Positions 24,001 to 38,519 of a DNA stretch of 64,000 nt are shown in pieces. The position numbers and the translations under genes were made by a program. Location: the NCBI RefSeq assembly GCF_018977255.1, contig NW_024704751.1, positions 8,680,001 through 8,744,000 of the forward strand, written 5' to 3'. Positions within the stretch are counted from its first letter, which is position 1, and every line of letters starts with the position of its first letter. This stretch comes from Callorhinchus milii (lineage: Eukaryota). The notes under the pieces are model-generated. The model saw nothing but the letters and a program-made list of their open reading frames with translations. It had not been told where the DNA came from and did not search any database.

Positions 24001-27000
24001 ATTATTATTATTGCTCATTCCCTCTATCTCTGATAGCTGAGCCCTCATGAGAACCCATGTCCTCTGGAACTCTTTCGAACCACTCTGCCTCACTAATTCT
24101 CTCCCTGCCTTCCTTCACAAGAGCTGATGTCTTTAACAGTGACTGTCAGAAACCAGAGTGCAGCTGCCAGCCTTAATGGAGGGAGAGTGAATAAAGAACA
24201 CTGGTATAATTCCGGTTGTTTTGTGGGGAAGGCTGCCTCTGACGTACAGTACTTTTGTCTGTAGTGTGAATCGGCTTTCATACTTGAGGCCAATCTGTGA
24301 GAACTTGTTACTCTCATTTCCCAGGTGGATCAGTGTTGCAGACTGCTCTCTGGGAGTTCTGCCGACCGGATCGCTCGGCTAGAGTTGGACCTGGTCACCT
24401 GGAAAGAGCTGTGCGCGTCGCTACAGAAAGCTGGTGCTGAGCAGGTTGTGTGTGTGTGTGTGTGCTTCTAGAACCTACTGCTTCAAACCTTTAGTCACTC
24501 AAGCTCCCTAGTGATTGAGTAGCTGACAGATAGTGCCCCAGGCTATTGATCTAGCCGAGCCAAGGCTATACTGGAAGCTCACTATACAATGAGTTTCAGC
24601 AGCCCAAGGTTAGGAGGAAGTACTTGCTCTCCAAGCTTATATACAGAGAAACATAGGAACAGGAGTAGGCCATTCAGCCCCTTGAGCCTGTTCCGCCATT
24701 CTATAAAGATTATGGCTGATCTGGACCATAACTTGCCTGTACCGATTGGCACCTGTGAAACTTATCCCCAAGGCGGAAAAGCTTCTTTGGGAGAGGGGTA
24801 ATTAAACATTGTGATTGGCACAAATAATGCATCCTCAGTCTGGGGCGCGGCTCTGTGAGCCTCTGGCGCTGAACTTCATCTTATATTTCATTAGTTTTAA
24901 TTGGAATCTGCTCCTTCCCCTTCCCTCTCCTTTCCTGCACTCAGGGCGCTTGGTGCGAGGAGTTTGAGAGCACAATGGACTGTGTGGGGACAACACATCA
25001 CCGGGTAGTGGAGAATCAGCAGAAGCTACGGCTGCAGGTTGGTGACAGATATTGTTCAGAAAGAATCTTAGTAACAATATTAATGATAATAATCCTTCCG
25101 TTTGAAGGAGAAGAGCTTCATCGCGTTGTTGAGACGTCTCAAAGTGCTTCACAGGATATACTGTACAGCATTTTGAGCTCTTTAGTCACACACCGACTGC
25201 GGTGAAGACAGGGGAAGCAAGTGCAATCTTTATCATTCCTCTGCCAATTGCCCCCCCCATCGTGCTCACCCTCAGCCACGGCTGACCCTGTGAGAGAGCT
25301 CAAACAGTCCAGTGCTAGTTACATCTGTGCTCATTAACTCTGTGCGTCTGTGAACATAGCTGAAAGAAGCAGGAGACCTGGCTCATCACAGCTTGGCTCA
25401 GCTCCAAGCACTGAATAGAAGAGCCCAGGCTGCCCTGGAGGAGCAAGCGGCGCTGAGGAGTCAAGCAGAAGAAACTGAGTACCAACGTGATACTGTGAGT
25501 GCCACTGTCCTATAGGTGCGTGTGTCTGTGTGCATGCACGTGCGTGTGGGGGATGTTAATCTCTTGGGGAGTCCTAAGCTCATGGCTAACCAAAATAACA
25601 TTTACTATTGTTACGACTCAACTGTATGATTTGAGATATTTTGCCATAAATCTCCCTTTTTTAAAAAAAAATCTGACGTCATTTTCTGTGAGAAATATTG
25701 GCAGGTTTGGGTGTGAGCTGTGTGGGGACTGTGTGAGCTGTGTATGGGTGGGGGCTGTATGAGCTGTGTATGGGTGGGGGCTGTGGTTAGCAGGGCCTGA
25801 GCTGGCTGGGTATGGGCAGGCGCTGTGGGTACTCTTTTCTCGCTTATCAATGTCAGATAAAAATCCTACTTTGCCTCCCAGGTACAACAGAAGCTGGATC
25901 ACACTGCGAAAGAGCTCGGGAATGCGCAGGAGCAACTTCTTTGGCTGAGCTCTGAGAAACTCCAGCTCCAATCTGGTACGTGTATCTCAACTCCAACGCC
26001 AGGTTGTGTTTAATCCCTTTACAGTGTGTTCCCTGGGAGAGGCAACCCAACATGTTGACATTTATTACTTTTTCAAGATTTCTCTTTTAAATTCTCGGTT
26101 TGTGTTTTCCTTCAGTTCTTTGCTCTCGAACAGAAACGTTGAGCCTAGAAGGAAGTCATTCCGCCCATAGTTTTGTCCTTGTTCTACCTCCTCCCACTGG
26201 AGCTCCCTGCTCTAATCCCGTTGACCTGCTTTTTCCTGGCCTATGGTTCTGTTCCAGGCAGACAGCAGGACACATTGTGCATAGAGTCAGATCCGTATTG
26301 TAATTGTGCTGTGCAGACACTTGGAATGTACTGAAACTATTACAGTAGTTAGGAGATACAGTGCATGATGTATATCTATAGTCAAGGACCAAGGATTTGT
26401 CGTGTATTTTAGCAATGTGTTGCCATCTGCCGTGTTTTGGCGCACGGTAGGCTAATCCCTTGTTGGCCTGTTTCAGAATTGCAGACCAGGAGTGACCAGC
26501 TGACTGAGCTGGGGGTAGAGAGGGACAAGCTGATGAATGGCAACGCCAAGTACTTTGTGGAAGTGGCAACAACCGAGGCCTCGCTCAAACTGCTTGAGGT
26601 CACTTTAGCCGAGATGACAGAAAAGTGAGTTTAATGCTTTATCCCAAAAAGTGAAGCACAATCCTGGTGCTACAACAGCAGCTTGTATTTATATAGCTCT
26701 CCTCGTGCTGGGTAACGTCCTTAACAGTGACGGAGCACGCCGCCGAGCTGAGGGGAGGGGTGAGGTGACCTTAGGCACGGTCGAAGAGGAAGGTCTTCAG
26801 ATTCAATCCAAAGATGGGGAAGGTGGAGGGAGAGAGTTCCAGAGTTTTGGGGTGTAGTGGCTGAAAGCACGACCACCGATGGTGGAACAAGTGACATGCA
26901 GGAGGCCGGGGCCAATTAAGTGGAGGCAGTGGGTAGTGGGGCATAAAACATAATTTCTGTTTGAACAAGTGGGTTTCCTTTTATTTATTGATTTTAGCGT

Positions 27001-30000
27001 TAAATTCTACTTGTGACAAGGTGAGGGGTGTCAGTGCTGGGAAATAGGAACACTTTCTCATTGAGTGCCCCTTTGCACTAACTCACTCATGTACTTGAGC
27101 CAAAACTCAAAAGAACACCCTCACTGCGCCAGTGTTTATTTTTCAGCCCATGCCAGTCAGCGAATTGGCAATTTATGTTAAATTAGACTTTCTGATCATT
27201 GATAATCTCTCCAAGCGAGATGTAATGGTTTCCAGCTTGGTTCTGTTCTTTTATTGCCCACCACAGTCCCTGAGCCAGAACATAAATCTTTAAAAGGATG
27301 CATTCAGGAAGCATTCTGTCATTTTGACATAAAAAATGCAAGCACTGTTCTTCTGTGTTAGTATGAATGTTTTTCTTTAGGTTGCAGGCTTCTGAGGCAC
27401 ACAACAAAGAGCTTGAGGACACTATAAAGGAGAACACACAAAGGTAATACTGATCGGTTTGGGGGAAAGGAGGGAAAATAGTAATAATGATCCTTGCATT
27501 TGATATAGCATCTTATCACATCTTCGAGACGTCTCAAAGTGCTTCACCGATTCATTTGTATTCTTACCTGCTTTAAATCTTCACTTCCTGTGTACAAGGT
27601 TGTTGCAACAAGAGATGACCTTTCTTGTCAATGTAAAATGGACTAAAAGTAGTCTTCCTAGTGACTTGGATGTCCTAGGGTGCAGGAGACCATAAGCCTT
27701 GGGGTTCACGACGGTCTAACTGTTTGGGGAGTGGTCATTATAAATGGGGACATTGCCAGAGCGAAACTTCTGACAATGTGATAGTTACCATATTGAGTAC
27801 ATGCCTGTATGTGACTGTGCACATCTCTGTGCCTTGCCCCCACAGCTGGGAGCAAACTCTGAGCAGCCTGAAGCAGGAAAAGGAATCCGGGGAACGCCTT
27901 GTCTTGGAGTACCAAGAGCAGCTGGCGCTCTTCGGGGAGACGCTGAGAGAGAGCCAGAAGAAGCTGTACGAGCTCTCTGAGGTGCAGGCACAGTTCACCA
28001 TCCTCTCCGAAAATACTGAGGTAAGTGCAGAGACAGAGCCCTGACTGCAACCTCCCAATCGCATCATAACCATTAACCATAACCAGAATGATTCATTTCC
28101 CCCCCACCGCCCAACAAAAGACAAGCTTCCATTTTGTAACCCTCAAAATCCCTTCACCTTGCACTTTCTCCCTCTTTGCGTCTTTAAAAACCTAAATCGC
28201 TTCTTTAAAAACCTACCCCTGACCGCGCTTCACATCTACTGTCCCCGAATCTCTCATCTTGCTTAAGCTTGTCTCTGAAGTGCTTCAAGGCACTTAGTGA
28301 AAGTGCACAGCTTCAGTGGAGAGGCCTTTCACTGAATAAGGAAAGCTGCTGCAAAAGTATTTTTCTGTAACTTTTTTTAAAAACTCTGCTGGAATATTTC
28401 ACAAACCTATTGTATGATTTCTAATCCTCCTTCCTCTGATATCTTGGTTGCTGGGATAGCAGTCATGAGGGCAGGGAGAGGGAGTTGCTAGGAAGGCGTG
28501 GGGGAGGAGAATACTGGACAATCTGGGTATGAATGTTGTCTCTTGGATGCAAATGTGGAGAGAGGGAAAACAACTTCCAAGTGTTGGAAGGAATATGTTG
28601 AAACATTTTTAAGTAGGAAAAACTGAACCCAAACGCTGCACTTTGTGCAATCTCTTATTAAAATTATTCTCTCCTTTTTTTTTCTCCCCCCCCCACCCCC
28701 TTCAAGATTCTCGTTTATGTCATTCAGATAACATTTTTAAACAAAATAGACACAGAAGACTTCAAAGTCTCAAGGCTCATCAGTTTATAACTGAATTCTC
28801 AGCTTTGTTTCTCCACTCCTCTCTCTCTGTGTCTCTCTCTCTCCTCCTCACTGTCCTGAAGGATGGAGTCAGTCGTGTCATTTTTAGACTGACCTACTTT
28901 ACCTGAACTCCGGAGAGAGCCTTGTCAGGGAAATTGGGTCGTTTTCCAATTATCAACCGAAGATCAGAGGACATAGAAGTTTGTGTCCTTTCTCATTAAA
29001 TTGGCTTCCCTTCCATCCCCACCGTAACACCAAGCTCCCAAGTGCTCAGTCTGATCTATGCAAACTCTTGCCTTCAGATAGTCCTTCCATTTGACCACAA
29101 TTACCTGTGAAGCGGTTTGACGTTTTGATGCTACAGGAGCTATATCAATGAATATTTTGAAGTTGAGCCATTTTCTGTGTTTGCTCCTAGTTTATGGAGC
29201 AGGAGGTGAAGCTATCGCACGAGCAGCTGAAGGAAACAGAAGCGAATCTGAGGTCTCAGGTGGATTTGCTGCACAGCCGGGAACTGGAGTGTAAGGAACT
29301 GCGGTGAGTACAGTCCTAGTCACTCTGGGATCACACCGCTTGCTAGCTTGGCTCTACCTTTAAGACTCCTCATCTTGCACCCGGCAGAATAAGGGTAAGA
29401 GAGGTGTGGAGGTTCTCTGTGACAAAGGCTTTGGCAGTAGCCTTGTTTGCTTCATTCAGCATGTTTGGTTAGTTAGTTATTTGAACTGCTCACCCCACCC
29501 CATGTTCGGTATCCCGATGCACCATTAAATGTTCTCCCCCTTAACCAGGACTGAACAGAACAGCCTGCGATTGAAGTTGGAGACGGTCAAGCAAAACGCA
29601 AGGCTGATGTGCCAGGCCCTGATGCAGGTTTCGGCTCTGAAAGACCGGGTGCAAGCTTTCACCCAAGCCACCGAGGCTGCTTTGCAGAGTCAACAGGTAA
29701 TGCATGCTTCAGGCATTTGTCATGGGTGCTCAGAAAGTAACATGTAGCTTACAGAATGCCCTCCCTGGCAAGTAAAAGCAGAGTCCATTGTTGGTTTTAA
29801 CAGGGAAGTGGATGAGTAAATGGAAGGTAAAGACCTGAGCCAGGCTGACACCTAACAGGATGTGGTGCGTGTGTGACTGTCTATTCTTTCTATTGAAGAG
29901 TCAATCAGGAGCAGCACATGACCAATCGAACCTGGTGAACTTGTCACTTGTTTGTGAAGTTCTTCAGGCAGCAGCAAAGAGACCAGACCCTGAGGAGAAT

Positions 30001-33000
30001 GAACCCAATAAAGGTAACTCCTTCCATGCTGTTTCACTGCTGGATCTCTGTTCTTTCTGATAACTTGTGTTTGTGGCCGAGGGGTGGTGGAGGTGATGGT
30101 GAGACTGAACTGTTTTGGGGCTATAGTGTTCTCTGGTGTGAGGTTCCTAATGTATTCATTGTGTTTATTATTATTGTTGTTGTGTTTGCCTTCCAGACCA
30201 TGAAAGAGATGCCTCTTGTAGCTTTAAAAGCCATAAGAGTGTGTTTGCTCCCATTGAGCCAGCCACGCCACTGAAACTGGGTAAGGAGCACCGTGTGGCG
30301 AAAGCTAGTGACAGTCACTGCTGCCGATCTTGTGTGTGGTAACCTGTTAGCCATGTGTTCTCTTCCATGTTCTCTCTCTTTCTCCCTGCGTGCTCTCTAG
30401 ACAATGTGGACACTTGGCTGCGGAGAGTGGAAGACCTGGGGGAGGCTGTGTCAGATCTCCTCGATGTAGCCTCGCGTAGAGAGAGAGGGTACCACCAACA
30501 GGCACAAAAACTGCTACAGGAAATGTAAGTGCTTCCCCCAACCACCACCCCAGAGCTGGAGCAAGCCTGGCTCCTTTCGATCACTGTGCTCCCGTCAGCG
30601 TGGTGTGCATGTCAGACCTCACCATCCATCCATTTGGCTTTTCCTTAGCGCTGATATGAAGGCCCAGAGAAAGGCCATGCTCTTGAATTGCGATACTCTG
30701 ACGGACAAGCTCACAGACCTGAAGATCCAAAACAAGAGGCTGAGCCAAGACCTGGAGAGACAGGATAAGGTAAGAACATCTACATTCCCCATATAGAGCC
30801 GAATGACAACTCTGAAGGATACTTGGTGGTGGGGGGGGGGAGAGAGAAGCAACATTCCACATCCCAACAACTATATCTTTATCCTCTTGTCACTGACCAC
30901 CCCCCCACCACCAGTGGAAATAGCTTCTATTTATATAGGGAGTTTATCTATTTGTCACGTAGAAACCTAGCTGCCAATTTTTGACAGCGAGCCCATACCC
31001 AGTGAGAAAACAAACAACCGAGGAAGAAAAAATGAGCAAGATTGGTTGCTTCTTGGCTGGTGCAGTGCAGTAGTACACGTGGGCCTCTATCTGGCACAGA
31101 GGAACGGAATATTGTCAGGAAAGATCAGTTCAAATGGGAGTTGACGGAACAGTTCAGGCTACTGGGTCCATGCTGCTCACGCTGCTTATGCTGCAGGTTT
31201 TCTACAAAGCTCTCACATTTCGAGATGAATTCAGAAATGTGGATAGTTTATAGCACAGGAGATGGGCTCTCAGCCTGGTGTTGTCTCTCTCGCTGGAGCT
31301 ATTTACTCTGCTCTTCTGTTCGCTTTTAATGCACTGTCCAGGCTAACAGGAGGGAGATCTGGTCTGGCGAACCAGAATTTCTGGCTAAGTGTAATTGCAA
31401 TGCTGGTTACCGGCATTGCGACTGTTTGAATCCCGCAAACAGAAGATCGTGAATTAAGCAATTTTTCTGCTCACGGGATTCAAGCCATCTGATGTCGTAA
31501 CTGGTCACTGAAGGCCATCAAGGACGGTGAGACAGCTCAGTGCATTGTGCTGGATAGATGTTTGTTAGGTCAGAATATCAAGGGATATGGGGCAAGGCCA
31601 GATAATTGGAATTGAGGTACAGATCAGCCATGATCTTATAGAATGCCGGAACAGGCTTGAGGGGTTGAATGGCCTCCCCCTGTTTGTATGTGCAGTGGAG
31701 CGCACTGGCAGAGCTGGGAGTCGGGCCCGCAGAAATTTTCTAAAGATTTTGAGTTTCTGGCTTGTTCCGGCTAGGTTTAAACTCTGGATTCCTGGTGTGC
31801 CTCTGAATAATTAATTCCCTTGAATGCTGTTCTGGACTCTATTTCAGTTGTTTAAGTTAGACATTTTGTGCGTGCGTAACAAATTCTAACCGCTCCCTCT
31901 GACAGACTAACCAAAATCTGGAGAAAACTATAGCATCTCAGGACGACAACATCCTTTATCTCCATAAGCAAATGGAAACCAACTTCAAGGAGCACGGGGT
32001 GGTTCTGGTAAGACTAAGATTCATCTGTCTCCACACCTGTGGCAGGGATCAAGCCAGACACTACCCTTCCACCTAGATCCAGTCCAGGCTGCTGAGAGGT
32101 CCATCTCCTGTCTCTAACAGCGTGGTTCAAGGAGTTTAAACAATCTCCTTCTTGTTCCCAGTGTACATCTTCCTAATAACAATTGAAATGGCAGCCTCAC
32201 CAATGGCCTAGAGCAGGGTTATTCAAACTTTGTAATCGTGAGTCTCCCTAAGCTAAGAAGGAAAAAAACTACAGCGCTTCCCCATAGTTTACTAAAGCAA
32301 AATAATGAACTGAAAATTACTGAGAAAGTATATGAGTAATAATGGGCTTTGAATGAGGTACAGGAGGGTCGTGCCCATGATATCATTAGTGCTTTCTCAT
32401 CTCTCTTACTATTTCTCCCTCTGCCCTCTACACACGTGCGCGAACACATACATACATACATACATACATACATACACACACACACTCTCTTTTGAAGGAA
32501 ACTGGGGCAAATACTTTCAGGAGAAAATTAGTGAGAAGAGCAAGTTATGAAAAGCAATCATTGAAAAATTGGCAGCTTCACTCAGCACAGCTGCTGTGGT
32601 GCGTTGGGGGATACGGTTGGCCCAGGGTTAATTAGAGACCGTATAGGTGATGTGTTGCTTTGCAACTGATTTGCTCCATCCGTCAGCTGGGTGTGTGTGG
32701 TGCTACCACTGGGGTCGGGAAGGATAACCCTCATTCCCCCTGAGCCATCATACAGTTTTATTTAAACAGCAAGTGCTAATGATCTCAACCCTGGGTGTCG
32801 GCTAGGGGCAGGTCGAGCCTGGTGATATGGGAGCCTGGGTACTTCATCCCACCTATAAATGTTGCCTATATTAGTTGTGTCCCTGGGCTAGTCCAACCAC
32901 ATCAATTATGCAGGAATATTAAAGAAACCTTTGGGAATCGTTGACCTTCCTTTCTACCCCCCACCCCTTTTCCATTTGCTCTCAGCAATTTTATATAGTG

Positions 33001-36000
33001 CCCTTCACATCAGAAAGATGTCCTAGGGTGCTGGATAGTCGGGTTTTTGGCCCTGGGCTAGGAGTTGGGGAGCTGGGAGTTACCACCCTGACATAGACTA
33101 ACCCTTGTTAATCAGGCTCGTACATGGAGCATAACCGCTTAGGTGAGGGCCCATCGTAGGCTCCTTTTGGTGCTGGAGATTACCTGGCACCAAAGGGAGC
33201 CTTCCCCAATGTGAGTCAATGTCGTCGGGAGACNAAAACAATACAAATTACAGGGGTAAGTGAGCTGGTGTCCGGTTTACGCCGCAGGCCTTGCAGGACG
33301 AGGTGATGGAGCTGAAGCGCTCGCTCCAACGTGCTCAGGTCGAGACGGACACATTCCGTGAGGAGATGATCAAACTCCGAGAGTCCGGGTCAGCTGCAGA
33401 CATCGACTGGCTGCAAGAGAAAGTGGAGCTTCGGCATCAGGTGGGACGTTGGCTGTCTCGTCCTGCCTACCTTCCAGTGCCTCAGTGCTTAATAATAATA
33501 ATAATCCTTGCATTTGATATAGCGCCTTATCACGTCTTCAATACGTCTAAAAGCGCTTCACAGAATATACTGTAAAGTGGATTGACTATATATTTTTGTG
33601 GGCGAAATGCGGCAGCCAATTGTGCACAGGAGTGTTCCACAAACAGCTGTGGATTGAGTGACCAAATTATTATTTGTTTATTTTTTGAAGGGTTTATTAC
33701 CCCCGGAAAAGTGAGTTGGCCAGAGGCGTGTGTGTGTGGAGTAAGGACACTTGTCCAACCTTTCGCCCTATCTGGGAATCGAACCCAGACCCTCTCGCCT
33801 ACGAGGCTAATGCTCTAACGACTACAGGACAAGTGCTCACAGTAATGAGTTACTTTGAACTTTCGTGACTATGCTGTAAATCGATGCGGCAGCTAATCTG
33901 CTTCAGCAATGTGTCTTAAACAGTAGGTTTCAATAGGAAAAGTAAAGAATCAGAGCTACATCAGAACTTCCAGCCTCCCAACCCCCAGGTGGAAGTGAAT
34001 CGGGACACCTCCTGGCGGTCACTGTCTGACATTTATCTCTTCTGTCAGGTGAGAAAGCTGAGAGACCGAGTCCTGCAATACGAGAACACTGTCCAGCAGA
34101 TGAGCAGACACGTGAGTAATAATAATCCTTGCATTTGATATAACTCTTTATCATGTCTTCAGTGCGTCTCAGAATATACTGTGAAGTGACTGTATATTTT
34201 GTGGAAGAAAAGAGTTGTCTCTTCCAGGCTGAGTGCTCAGATAAGAACAAACAGTGAAAGTGACCGTTAGGGCCATTGTATCTTCATTACGCGTGTAATT
34301 CCAGACCAGCTCAGAGGCCTGAATTCCACCTAGTTTTAGCCTGTAAGACCATTGTGATTTAAGTTACAATTACACAGAACAGTGGAAAATTCTTATTTTT
34401 ATCTCCTGAATGCCAGAATTACCTACTTTTTACAGAACTGCAGCAAACCAGCTTCAAAATTAAGCTTCATACAAAAAAATCCACAATTCTAATACTGTAA
34501 TCCTCCCTTCAATTTGATTTAACGCTATATCGTCAATGTCTCAAAAGCAATTCACTGAAAAGTGTAGTTCAATTTGCACTCACAAACAGCCATGAAGTGA
34601 ATGACCAATTTTATCTGTAGGATTATCATCCAGCATACTGGGAGAACTTCTTCTGCGCCATTTTAAGCTCAAATTATCTTCCAGAATAGGTGGAATTTTA
34701 GGAGACTCGTGCTGATAGTGATGCTTCTCTGTATCTCTGCTTTCAGAGGAACACCCTAGAGGAGAATAGTCGGAAGGGGGAGAGAGAATTGGCTATCCTG
34801 GACAACCTCATTGAGAACATCAGAACGGTGAGTCATTGGTTTGAGAGAAGAGAATGGACGGGGCTTTGCATTATAGGGTTTGATTTGGGGGGATTTGCTT
34901 CAATTCCTTGTATTGGAGTGTTAACAATAAAACACTTGCATTTTGATAGTTCCGTTCACACACAGAGTAGAGTCTCGGAGCACTGCACAACGGCAGGGTG
35001 GTCTCTATGAAGCTGTGGGGCTTAACCCCACAATTCTTTGATGCTGAGATGAAAGTGCTACTAACTGAGCCAGGCTGACACCTAAACGCACAGGATAGGT
35101 GGGGGTCCATTAGCGCCGATGAATCCTATCCCTGGGTCTTGTCTGGGTGAAGCTACCGTGGGACAGCAAGGTGCCCAATAAGGCTGGCAAATCTTAGCCT
35201 ATAGCACAGAAGGCGAGTAAAAGTCTGGTGCCTGAGCTCCGCAACCCAATGACAAATTCTGGCATTAAGATGTGCATCGCCGTGGGGAGCGAGTGGGATA
35301 TGAGAATTTACAGAATTGAATGAGGCCTGAATACCTACTTTCAAAAATAGCATTCAATTAAAACACTTTTATTGCCTGATATTGGACAGAGGCTATGCGG
35401 TTTCCCATCTCGGCCAGCCAAAGCACAGCACTCGCTTCCCTGTTTTAAAATAAAAGCGCAGATGGTGAGAGTTCAGTTCCTTGGTGGCCTTCGTATTAAA
35501 TAGGGGGAGGATAGGGCCCTCTGCGGGTGCTTTACAATGGAGGAGTTCTGATTGCAAATTGACCCGGGTCAGGAACTTTATACCATAAGATTCCGGACTG
35601 TGTTACTGGGCAGTAATCCAGTCAAGAGGTTATCTCCACAGTTATTGGGAAAACTTGATGGGATCGGGTTCAGAACCGGATGAAGTCTGGCTGGTCAGTT
35701 TCTTTCCGTCACAGAAACACAGGAACAGGAGGAGGCCATTCAGCCCCTCGAGTCTGTTCCACCATTCTATTTGATCATGGCTGATCTGTACCTCAACTCC
35801 AATTACTCGCCCTTGTCCCATATCCCTTGATACCCTGACCCAACAAATATCTAACCACCGTCCCCCTTTTTAGATTTAATGTCCCTTTTAAAGCAATTGG
35901 CTACATCTGAGACCTCCCCCCTCCTTTGCTCAGTCTCCAGCTGCCCCTGATCGCTCCTCCACCTGCTGAGTTTAATTGGCACAGAAATCTGAGCGAGATA

Positions 36001-36321
36001 TACCTTGGTCTAATTTGAGGTATTTCTTTAATAGGAAAATCCAAGTTGTACAAATTACTCCACCAACCAGAAGTGCATCATGCTGGCTCACGGGAACTCT
36101 GCTCCCGCCAGAGCAGAGTTCCCACAGGCTGATGGAAGTTCTAATGCTCTAACCTTATTATGGAATTCCATTAAGCATTGCAGGGTTATAGTGTGGACAG
36201 GAACCCAAATGTCTTTGAAACCTGTAACTCTCTTGTGTTTCAGACTCTCCTGTCGATTCCTCACACCGTGGCTGGCTCTCAGGAGCTGAAGAGCCTCCTG
36301 CACTTGCTGGGAGAAGACTAG
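18081..36321 (+). CDS. spag5: Sperm-associated antigen 5 / astrin, about 1627 aa, 25 coding exons: 18081-18146, 19305-19457, 19795-21908, 22376-22568, 22914-23033, 23201-23293, 23722-23856, 24325-24444, 24945-25037, 25360-25494, 25882-25975, 26477-26624, 27381-27443, 27846-28020, 29191-29303, 29549-29696, 29899-30013, 30197-30280, 30401-30524, 30649-30769, 31906-32007, 33288-33440, 34049-34111, 34747-34827, 36244-36321
   Basis: All exons join in frame with GT-AG sites (4884 nt). Astrin-like motifs: RQPLRDMLLQ, LTPMLNKLHLQ, EIFTQTD, long coiled coils, DWLQEKVELRHQVRKLR, RNTLEENSRKGERELAILDNLI and C-terminal TLLSIPHTVAGSQELKSLLHLL. Lies immediately upstream of aldoc as in human. The first coding exon (MIQRRSVK..., acceptor ending at 18068) is the least certain; the alternative start is the ATG at 19314. 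Confidence 0.88.
18371..18916 (+). mobile_element. Non-autonomous Helitron-like element in a spag5 intron
   Basis: A|TC 5' end (TCTTCTTTTGTAATAAGACAAAA, with a second similar start TCTTCTATAATAATAAAGACAAAA at 18605); 3' end ...GGGTACAGCTAG|T with a short GC hairpin upstream; ORF 18803-18916 MPKKRRSSLSRRNKNATRKREGRLNET resembles the basic N-terminus of Helitron Rep/Hel proteins. Confidence 0.6.
20791..21612 (+). repeat. Coding tandem duplication inside the spag5 giant exon (399 nt + 402 nt + partial third copy)
   Basis: GTGGAGGTGGGCACGAGCCCT recurs at 20791, 21190 and 21592; the blocks are near-identical with one in-frame 3-nt indel. Confidence 0.95.
24650..24735 (-). mobile_element. CR1/HE1-type 3' end fragment (similar copies near 19130, 31560, 35710, 62860)
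   Basis: GGAACAGGAGTAGGCCATTCAGCCCCTTGAGCCTGTTCCGCCATT motif recurs in both orientations. Confidence 0.7.
33491..33830 (-). mobile_element. Near full-length tRNA-derived SINE
   Basis: Reverse complement starts GTCCTGTAGTCGTTAGAGC with B box GGTTCGATTCC and ends CAAATGCAAGGATTATTATT. Confidence 0.8.
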
Positions 36322-37469
36322 AGTGAACGATGTGTGAATGGGTATAACTTTGGGGGCTGCTTTGTTAACTACTCTGGGTCCATTGGTTACTATTGAATGG
36401 TCTATGTTCAAGAGCAAGGCTGCTCACTGGATTAGGTGTTGGGTCAGGGGCCTGCCCGCTACGTTTCTTGTGGAGGTGGGTGGGGGGGGGATTATTTTGT
36501 TTTGAATATAAATTAAAAACTATTTTTAACATGCATTGTGTTTTTTTTTTAAAAAAACAATTGCTATTTGGGTAAACGGTTTGACCGGCTTTTAAATCGC
36601 CTCATGTATTCATTCATTCACGCTGCATCTATTAAAATGAAAGCCTGCCTCCCCAATGGCTTATTCGGTAAATCCACCAGCAACATTCAGAACTAAAACG
36701 TTCCCTGTTTATTCCCCACTCATGCCGATTTCTTTTTAGCCAAGACACTAACTCAGCAGACTAGGGAATTGTTGGTATTGTTTTCTGTGGCTGCTCTGCC
36801 AACAGTTTAGTGATTTGCTGTGATTCTATAAAACGTCCATAATTATTGGAGAAGCTTTTAACAACTGCCGCTATTTAGTGCCTTTCACCCGAGAAGACCT
36901 CTCGCAATGCTTAATAATAATAATAATTATCCTTGCATTTGATGGAGCACCTCATCACGTCTTCGAGATGTCTCAAAGCACTTCATAGAATATATTGAGT
37001 GTATTTTGCAGGTGAAATGTGGCAGCCAATTGCACACAGCAGTATCCCACTAACAGTTGTGGATTGAGTGATCAAATTTTTTGTGTGTTTGGCGGAGGGG
37101 GAAAGCGATCTGAGACTACTTCTCAAAGATCTGAGTGGTACCCGAATGGTGTGCATGATGTGGGTTGGGGGGGGGTGTGAGGTAGGCGAGTCAGAGCGGT
37201 GAATAAAAAAAAGTTATACAAATGCTATCTCTCATCTTCTTATAGAAATTGATGCTTTCAATATGGGCTCTTTTTTTAAAACCCAGTGAAATGAATGTAT
37301 TGAAATTGTAAAATGAATCTGTACAGCTTTCCGCCTGCCATACAATCTCTACGGCCCTCATTTAATTATGCATCATTCAATCCTCTAATCGCATCTGCTA
37401 TTTATAGTTCCAGCGTGCATCCCTTTATCTTTCTGAGTGCTGTATTACACCTTGTGGTTCCTCATGGAT

Positions 37470-37780
37470 TTTGTGGGTGAAACGCGGCAGTCATTTTGCT
37501 CACAGCCATGTCCCGTAGACAACTTTTTTGGGGGGGGCGGATTGTTGACGAGGACGTCAGGACTTCTCTTCACAAATAGTGTTATGAGATCTTTAACATC
37601 CACCTGAACAGGCAGACAGGCCTCAGTTTGTCTTAACCTAAGGGCGCCACCTCCGACATCGTAGCGCATCCATTACTGCGTTGGAGTGTCAGTTTAGACT
37701 ATATGAGTTCTAAATCTTAGTGCCCAACCTTCGGACTCGGAGGCGAGAGTGGTACCTACCAATTGATCCAGGCTGACACG
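37470..37780 (-). mobile_element. DeuSINE/SacSINE-like SINE
   Basis: GATCTTTAACATCCACCTGAACAGGCAGACAGGCCTCAGTTT is the reverse Deu domain; head ends CCAGGCTGACAC. Confidence 0.7.
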
Positions 37781-38519
37781 CAATGATTTTGAAGTTCATT
37801 CTTTTTGTGAAATGCTTACCTTCGCAGAAAGTACAGAGCGATCCTCTTAATAATTAATCTTCCCCACTCAACCTCATGATAGAGATGGGTGTAGTTGAAG
37901 CCGAGTATTGCAGTCTGAGCCAGGCATCCACTAGCGCATCGACTGATGATTTACAGTCTGATCAACAATCAGAAATTACCACACAAGAGTGACTGAAAGA
38001 ATCTGAATTATTCTTACGACTGTCTGAAAGCTTAATCAGAGCTAAATTCAGGCTGAGGAGATCTTGCCCGAGACATTTTGTTTCCGTAGATGGAAAGTGG
38101 AATTCAAGAAAAACACATTACAAGGAATGTTCAGCGCAGAAACGGGTCACTCGGCCCAACCAGTCCGTGACGCTGTTTATACTCCACACGAGTCTCCGCC
38201 CTTTACTCCCTCCCACACCTTCTATTCCCCTCTCCCTCACGTGAAGGCGAATGCCTCTCCGCCATCTGCTTCAACCACTGCTTCCGGCAGCGAGTTCCGC
38301 AATCTCACTGTGTGTAGTAGTTTCTGCTAAATTCTCTTCCGATCCCCAAGTCGTTGCCATCTTGCATTTTTGTGTCTGGGGCTACTGACTCCGCAACTGG
38401 GGGGACAACCTATTTACGCTATTTGTGTGTGTGTGTGTGTGTGTGTGTGGATGGATGGTGTGGATGGGGGCCGGATTCTCCCAGGGATTGTGTGTGTGTG
38501 TGTCTGTGTGTGTGTGTGG

